DNA of 64,000 bases from the NCBI RefSeq assembly GCF_006345805.1, contig NC_043018.1, positions 18,848,001-18,912,000 of the forward strand, given 5' to 3'. Origin of the DNA: Octopus sinensis. Lineage: Eukaryota. The first letter of the stretch is position 1, and each line of letters starts with the position of its first letter. This document shows positions 56,603 through 64,000 of this stretch, piece by piece. The translations under genes and the position numbers were made by a program. Below the pieces are notes generated by a model. It did not search any database and was not told the origin of the DNA. It saw only the letters and a list, made by a program, of their open reading frames with translations.

Positions 56603-56961
56603 CGCAGGTGGCACGTAAAAAGCACCCACTACACTCACGGAGTGGTTGGCGTTAGGAAGGGCATCCAGCTGTAGAAACATTGCCAGATTAGACTGGAGCC
56701 TGGTGCAGCCTTCTGGCTTCCCAGAACCCTGGTCGAACCGTCCAACCCATGCTAGCATGGAGAACGGACGTTAAACGATGATGATGATGATGATGATATA
56801 TACGACAGGCTTCTTTCAGTTTCCGTCTACCAAATCCACTCACAAGGCTTTGTTCGGCCCGAGGCTATAGCAGAAGACACTTGCCCAAGATGCCACGCAG
56901 TGGGACTGAACCCGGAACCATGTGGTTGATTAGCAAGATACTTACCACACAACCACTCCTG
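56353..56961 (-). mobile_element. SINE family A interrupted by a family D element (56605-56797, +) in its (TA)n tract
   Basis: The A 3' half (56353-56600) and A head (56798-56961) flank a D copy. Confidence 0.9.
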
Positions 56962-56967
56962 TGATAT

Positions 56968-57287
56968 ATAAAATATTAGAAAAAAACCACCTTTCATCAA
57001 TTCAAAATGAATAATTAAATTACACCATCTCGAAAATTATATATAATAGAAAAGTTAAAATTAAAATAACAAAAAGTAAAGATTAAGTAAATTACAAAAA
57101 TAATATATTTCTATTATATGTAATTTTCTAGATGGTGTAAATTAATTATTCATTTTGAATTGATAAAAGGTGGGTTTTTTTCTAATATTTTATATATATA
57201 TATATTATATTGTGTGGAATTTGATTTAGTATTTCTAAATTGAATTCTTTTTCCTTGTAAGTTCGGATTTTATTCCCTCAAATAATA

Positions 57288-57290
<3 letters not shown>
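56968..57290. mobile_element. Hairpin-ended AT-rich element, related to 1487-1707
   Basis: About 85-bp inverted arms at 56968-57193, plus a terminal segment similar to the reverse complement of 1487-1545. Flanked by (TA)n. Confidence 0.68.
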
Positions 57291-57349
<59 letters not shown>

Positions 57350-57351
<2 letters not shown>

Positions 57352-57775
57352 TCATCATCAATCATTCTAATGTCTACTTTTCCATGCTCGCATGGGGCAG
57401 ACAAGACTTTGTTGAAGCAAAATTTACTACAGCTGGATGCCTTCCCTGTTGCCAACCCTCACTTGTTTCCATCCAAGGTAATAATTTGCCCAGCCTGTCA
57501 GGAAACAAAAGCCTGGGCATCTCTTCTCCCGAGAAAAGAAAAACAAACAACACCATTGATATGAACAATGATGCTCAGCTTACAACCGATGCAAACATGT
57601 CAAGACATCGGGGTACACACACACACACAAAATGAACTTTTTCCAGTTTTTTTTTCTCCCAAATTTCACTCAAGATAATTAGCTTGATTCTAAAATCAGA
57701 GGAGAACAGGAGTGGAAGTGAACCTCCATCCACATGGTTCAGAAGCAAACATCTTAACCATACACCCATTTCTGC
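57350..57775 (-). mobile_element. Chimeric A-head/D-tail SINE (degenerate)
   Basis: Related to 22360-22745. Confidence 0.65.
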
Positions 57776-58599
57776 ACACACACACACATCTTTGAAAGTC
57801 TAGCTGTGGGTGAAATAAATACATAAATGTGTTCCTTCTATGCTTTTGATGTGCAGGAAAATAATAGTAGTCAATCCCAGTTTGTTGGCCACTCCTCTGA
57901 GAAAACAAACCATGTTTTCTTTGCCAATTAATACAATAAAATATTCTGTTGATATCAGGCAGTTGTAAAATAGGTTGTCACTGTTGCTGGAAACTTAATT
58001 TGCCTCTTTCTACTTTTTACATTATTAATCAAACAATATATATTTTATGTACAACACAGAATGAATTGGAAGAACTGAAAATACATTTAAATATTACAAA
58101 GCCTCGCTGTGAGTTAAATAATAATGTAACTACATTCCATTTATGTATTTTATTGATGCTGTGTTGTGTATAGAATAGGTATTGTTTGGTTAATGATGTG
58201 CCATTCAAGACATAGATATGTAAATTAAGCTAACCACTACAGTGCTAGCCTAATTTATGACTACTCTGGTTGAAGGCTGGAGGGTATATCAGCCGAAACG
58301 TTGTTAGCAACAAACAGGATGAGGACAAATATCTGTCAATTGTAAATAATGTAAATAATGTACATAATTCCTCATCTCTTAAATATAGAACTGAACACAA
58401 AATCTATTTCATTCATTTTCTTTCTTCACTTTTGATAATACTCAGTAGTACCTGATGCCACACACATATATTGATATATATGTGTGTGAGAGAATGTGTA
58501 TATTCACATTTCATTCTAGTCTTTTATAAATATTTGTCACACACAAGACATTCAAGGCACTTGATTTTCAAAATACTGAACAATCATCCATCATACATC

Positions 58600-58960
58600 A
58601 CCCTCATCATCATCATCGGTGTTTAACGTCCACTTTCCATGCTAGCATGGGTTGGACGGTTTGACTGTGGGCTGGCGAACCAGATGGCTGCACCAGACTC
58701 CAGTCTTGATCTGGCAGAGTTTCTACAGCTGGATGCCCTTCCTAACACCAACCACTCTGAGAGTGTAGTGGGTGCTTTTTACGTGCCACTGGCACAGGGG
58801 CCAGTCAGGTGGTACTGGCAACGACCTCGCTCAAATTTTTTTTTTACACATTCCAACAGCACAGGTGCCAGTAAGGTGATGCTGGTAACGATCCCGCTCG
58901 AATGGTACCTCCTTCATGCCACCGGCACGGAAGCCAGTTAGCCGCTCTGGCAATGATCAC
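58600..58960 (-). mobile_element. Family D retroposon
   Basis: Matches family D. Confidence 0.83.
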
Positions 58961-59225
58961 CCTCTTAGCACTCCACCACCCCATTCTTGTTTTTTACTGA
59001 TCAATCACACACCTGTTTGGTAGCCATACTGCTTTGCTTTTTAACCAGGTAAATTGCTGATGTATCCAACACTTATAATCAGGAGTACAGTCCGTCTACA
59101 TCTACGTGAAACTTAAGTGGCCCTGCTGTATTTTATGCACTATATAAAGACATATATATATACATATATAAATATATATGTAAGCACAATGTATAGAGTA
59201 GCAGAGAGGAAAACATTATGCTTAC

Positions 59226-59348
59226 CTTTTTGGGTTTTACATTTTCAACTGCTGATTTAACAGAGTTCCATGTTTTCTGCAAAGGTTTGCTGCTGGCTTG
59301 TGGCAGAGAGATTTGTGAACCTTGTTCTCTATGATGTCTTGGACAGGG
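59226..59348 (-). CDS. INPP5F: SAC2/INPP5F-like exon B (123 nt; PCPRHHREQGSQISLPQASSKPLQKTWNSVKSAVENVKPKK)
   Basis: Acceptor tattatttacag| and donor |gtaagc. Exactly 41 open codons. Matches the INPP5F-specific C..HH ... L.KT....KS.V....KK insert. It is absent from the ORF track. Confidence 0.85.
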
Positions 59349-59929
59349 CTGTAAATAATAGATTAATTAATTAATATTAATATTAAAAGTAGCAAAAAAA
59401 TAACAACAGTAACAACGAATGTTCAACGTTTTGAACCTGTTTTCTGGGTTTTTTTTTCAAGATATCAGGTGCTAATTTCTTTAACATTCACCTCTACCAT
59501 CTTGAAATATACCTGGGAACATCATCAAGACCATTTTCTGAGGTCACTGAGTGATTTGAGCTCTTTCAGTAGTCAGGTACTTTCACTCAGAACACCAAGC
59601 TGGGGTTGTTCAAGTCCTGACTTGCATCCAGGTGGCACAACTCAACACATACACACACACACTATCGATATTACAAACAAAATTAGGAAACCATCATTTA
59701 CTCCAACAAAGGCTCTAACCATAATTAAACATGTTGTAAATAATATAAGTAGTCATATATCCAGTTTGTTTTCAAAAATTCAAAAATATATTTAATAAAG
59801 CTACTCTTCATTATAATAAAGTATTAAGAAGGAGTGGTTTATGTGATAGAATTAAGTACGTAGAACCCCAGCTATTAGACCTTACAAGCCAAGATGCAAG
59901 AATGCCACATGGTTCAAAAACCCTATATT

Positions 59930-60160
59930 TTAACCCTTTACCATTCAGATTATTCTATCAAATTTAACATGTATTTATCCACAAGGTTTCAAATTTATCT
60001 AGTATTATCTTGTAGATTTTGAGATTTCAATTGTGTGACTGTATATTTTTCAGACTAACATTGTAGGGTAGACGTGAGAGGTCAGGTATGGCCAGTTTGG
60101 ACATAAAGCAGGAAGAATGCTTTCACTATATATGGTCAGTTTAAATGCTAAAGAGTTAAA
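59930..60160. mobile_element. TTAA-flanked MITE family II (uninterrupted copy)
   Basis: ttaaccctttaccatt ... aatgctaaagagttaa imperfect TIRs. Confidence 0.72.
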
Positions 60161-60865
60161 CCATGCCAGATGTCGCTTATCCCTAAAAAGAAAGTATTTC
60201 CCCCCTCTTGTACAGTAAATTTTTTTGATAAAAACATGATTACAGCTAGCTGCAATTTTCTTCAAAATATAAGAACCCAAATTCTAATTATTTAAAAGGG
60301 AATTAGACACACTATATACAAAACCTTGCACAAATGTATCAAAAGAAACAATGCTAGATGCCATCTTAGTCACAAATTCTGCTTTTCAAAGGAGCTGATG
60401 TAGAGTATGATAGCAGTGTGGATAACATATACAATGAGCTAAAGAAAATCCCTTTTAAAGCCCCTTTCTAACTGCAACAGATATATTCTGATGCAGTACT
60501 AAGTGAAATTCCAACTTTCTGTAAAAACATATCTGGTTCACAGAGGAGACAGAGAACCCTTCCATATGGATTTTTATAAAAGATCAGAACAGGGAAGTAA
60601 AGGTGTGTATGCTCAGGTATATTTCTACATCTATAGTATTAGTAGCTAATAGTATTTGTTAGCAAATAGTAAGTGTAAACAAAATTTGTGAAGAAGAAGA
60701 ATGAATTACTTTGCTGTGAGGAACAGAAGTCTAGCATTCTGGTCTACAACCTTCATCAGAGAGGAGTCGATAGATTGACAAGCTATCAACTCTGTCATCC
60801 ATATATCTCTTGCAGTTGATGCAATTAACAAAGGCAATAACAAGAAGTAAGGTAACCATACTTAC

Positions 60866-61002
60866 TGAAAGTCCGAGTTCTGTTGGTTCCAAACCAGATA
60901 AACTGAGGATTGCAATTTTATTAATCTGGAAGATGTCATGAGTTTCAAGAATATGACCGACATGGCTTTGGTTTTTGATCAAAATCAATTTCCATTCCGA
61001 AT
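60866..61002 (-). CDS. INPP5F: SAC2/INPP5F-like phosphoinositide phosphatase, internal exon A (137 nt; (D)SEWKLILIKNQSHVGHILETHDIFQINKIAILSLSGLEPTELGLS)
   Basis: Acceptor ...ctttgataaccag| and donor |gtaagt. The peptide resembles the N-terminal Sac region of vertebrate INPP5F (W.LILI.....VG.....H....V.KIAVLSLS..EP). It ends in phase 0, matching the next exon. Confidence 0.88.
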
Positions 61003-61067
61003 CTGGTTATCAAAGAAGTAAAAAAAATAACAATAAAAATGATGATGATGATAATAATAATAATAAT

Positions 61068-61483
61068 ACTCTTTACTCTTTACTTTTTTACTTGTTTCAG
61101 TCATTTGACTGCAGCCATGCTGGAGCACAGCCTTTAGTCAAGCAACTCGACCCCGGGACTTATTCTTTTGTAAGCCCAGTACTTATTCTATCGGTCTCTT
61201 TTGCCGAACCGCTAAGTAACGGGGACATAAACACACCAGCATCGGTTGTCAAGTGATGTTGGGGGGACAAACACAGACACACAAACATATACACACACAT
61301 ACATATATATACATATACACGACGGGCTTCTTTCAGTTTCTGTCTACCAAATCGACTCACAAGGCATTGGTCGGCCCAAGGCTATAGTAGAAGACACTTG
61401 CCCAAGGTGCCACGCAGTGGGACTGAACCCGGAACGATGTGGTTGATAAGCAAGCTACTTACCACACAGCCACTCCTACGCCT
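61068..61483 (-). mobile_element. SINE family A, about 65 nt upstream of the exon A acceptor
   Basis: Matches family A. Confidence 0.9.
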
Positions 61484-61647
61484 AATAATAATAATAATAA
61501 TAATAATAATACACGATAAGTTAGCATCCAAATCCTAAAGCTTATATTTTGCAGAAAGAGACCCTGTGAGACCTCTGGCAACAGGTTGCTGCCTGCTATC
61601 ACAGAATCAGCCAAAGCAATAAGACCAAGAGCTCTGAGAATAAATGT

Positions 61648-62215
61648 CCTGATGCAGTACCAGGCAGTGGCTCTCATGGCTTCTGATCTTAACTGATTGG
61701 AAGTGTTATCATGTACATTGTTTTGTCTTGGTATAAAAGATGGGCTACAGCAAATATTCTGCTCAATACCACAGATTTGCTTGTCAGTTGTTTGACCTTA
61801 ACCAGTTGAGCATGTCCCTTAGTGGCTGATGATATGTGCATCTCTGATCACGAGCAGAAGTAGTGGGGGAGCATCATAGCCATGTGTTGACAGGGATACT
61901 ATGGAGTTTGAATAATACACCTTTGAAAACAGGGGTGTTTCGTTCAACATCTTTAAAGGACCCTTATTCAGGGACCTTTTGAACGGGATGGGCTACTCTA
62001 CCTGAAGAAATTTCTAACTGGGCCCCACCTACAAGGTCATGTGCTGTTTATCTTGATATGAGATCACCATGTCGCGCACATATGGTTGTGATGCATGTGC
62101 CTGGTGTACCCTTATCAGACGGGTAGTTATGATGGGTATATTGGGCTTTGTATATTTTACCCCAGTGTCACTTTGATGGCATGCACTGCTCTCTCACTCA
62201 ATAATAATAATAATA
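61648..62215 (+). mobile_element. Retroelement 3' UTR (family E) ending in (AAT)n; fragments at 6194-6423 and 20612-20763
   Basis: Internal matches to two other loci in the window and a trinucleotide tail. Confidence 0.75.
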
Positions 62216-62917
62216 ATCCTTTCAATTATAGACACAAGTGTTTTTGGTAGAGTGGGGGTTCAGTCAATTATATTGTTCCCAGTATTCAATTGGTACTTTA
62301 CTTTACAGACCCCGACGGGATGAAAAGTAAAGGAGACCTCAGCAGAATTTGAACACAGAATGTTTTGTCAAAATGCCACTAAGCGTTTCATCTGGTATGC
62401 TAACGATTCTCCCAGTTCACTGTCGTACTACTACTACTATTACTACTACTATTAATAATAATAATACTAACAACAATAATAATAATAATAATAATAATGA
62501 TAATTATAATAATAATAATAATAATAATAGTTTTCCTTTATTTGCTTGTATGTATAGGGACCTTAGAAACACAGACGGGAAAAGAGAAAAGTACAAGAAA
62601 ATCTCTAGCTTTGTTATAACAAGAGTCACACCTGAATGAGTTATTAAAATACTTGTGTTGACATGTTTGACAGCAGTGTGAACATCAGGTGGACAGGTCC
62701 TACCGTGGCGGCGGGGTCCTACTTTTGTCATCGACTGACATATTTTTAAGGTCATTGATCTGAAATTGTTGTGAAGAATATGACAAAAGGACCAAAATGA
62801 ATGTTGTTGACACACACTTATCCAACCTCATCTGTCTCAGAAGGTCTGCAACAGACTCAGGAAACTGGCAACAGCACCAAATACACAAACATTTTCTACA
62901 GACCAAACCATTAAATG

Positions 62918-63299
62918 GGAAGCACTCCGTCGGTTACGACGACGAGGGTTCCGGTTGATCCAAATCAACGGAACAGCCTGCTCGTGAAATTAACGTGTAA
63001 GTGGCTGAGCACTCCACAGACACATGTACCCTTAACGTAGTTCTCGGGGATATTCAGCGTGACACAGAGAGTGACAAGGCCGGCCCTTTGAAATACAGGT
63101 ACAACAGAAACAGGAAGTAAGAGTGAGAGAAAGTTGTGGTGAAAGAGTACAGCAGGGATCACCACCATCCTCTGCCGGAGCCTCGTGGAGCTTTAGGTGT
63201 TTTCGCTCAATAAACACTCACAACGCCCGGTCTGGAAATCGAAACCGCGATCCTATGACCGCGAGTCCGCTGCCCTAACCACTGGGCCATTGCACCTCC
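62918..63299 (-). mobile_element. SINE family C, full length
   Basis: Reverse complement of 11993-12360. Flanking direct repeat ccattaaat. Confidence 0.9.
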
Positions 63300-64000
63300 A
63301 CAAGCCATTAAATAAAAGACAGTGAGTTACAGAGAGATTGAAAAATAAAACTTGCAAAAATAATTCTAAAATGAATAGATTTTTATCAGTATTTCCGAAT
63401 TTTTAGAGAAGGTAAACAAAATAATTGGTACCAAAAGGAATTGAAATAAATACGTTTAGTGAATTTTCATAAATACAAAAATAAAATAGAAATCTAGCAA
63501 CAAAATGGATTTTTGTTTTTTTTGGGTTTTTTTAGGTTAAATCTATTTCTCCTTCTTGGCAACACCAGAGATTTTTTTTTTTTTAATTTTAAATAGATTT
63601 TATATAAATTTTTGAAAATTTTAAAAACTGAAATAAATGAATCATATTTTGCAATTTTTGTAGATTGAAATATATTTCTCCATCACAGCAAGGATTCAGT
63701 TTCCATTTTTTTTAATTAGGCTTTTTTATTTTTTTTAATCTTAATGTTGACTCACCACTGATAACCACAACCCACTCAAAAGAGAATGGAATCTATTGTC
63801 AGATAGTCAGACTGAGGTAAACCCAAAGATGCATCACATGATTACAGGTGAAACAAAATATTTGAGTTGAGATATGAACTCATGACCATGAAAAAAATAG
63901 ACCATTATCTATTTAAACCCTTTGCCTGTTCAAAGTATTTCCATGTTTGTCCTAAATGTCCATGCTTCTTTTCAGGGGTTTAGTCGCCCTTGTTTCATAT

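Overview
This is AT-rich, repeat-saturated eukaryotic genomic DNA, most likely from an octopus or another coleoid cephalopod. That assignment is inferred from the tRNA-derived SINE families and the extreme microsatellite load. The only protein-coding gene I can support is a minus-strand, spliced Sac-domain phosphoinositide phosphatase of the SAC2/INPP5F type. Five internal coding exons are present (61002-60866, 59348-59226, 26447-26403, 25079-24900, 19850-19658). All have AG/GT boundaries and compatible phases, and they join into one ORF ending in ISRRSRHRAG. The start and the rest of the gene lie outside the window. Everything else is intronic. It includes at least four SINE families and remnants of mariner, RTE, R4/Dong-like, CR1 and Penelope-like elements. 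It also includes TTAA-type MITEs, several fold-back hairpins, a homogeneous 31-bp satellite, a 4.5-kb composite satellite that repeatedly flips orientation, and two tandem duplications. Most ORFs in the supplied track are translations of microsatellites or SINEs. I found no CRISPR array, rRNA or intact tRNA, and no convincing new biological system. The best leads are the orientation-switching satellite, candidate cryptic exons in the 32.8-kb intron, RTE ends carrying tandem C2H2 fingers, minimal hammerhead-like motifs, and long dsRNA hairpins beside exons. Family names are recognised from memory and were not checked by database search.
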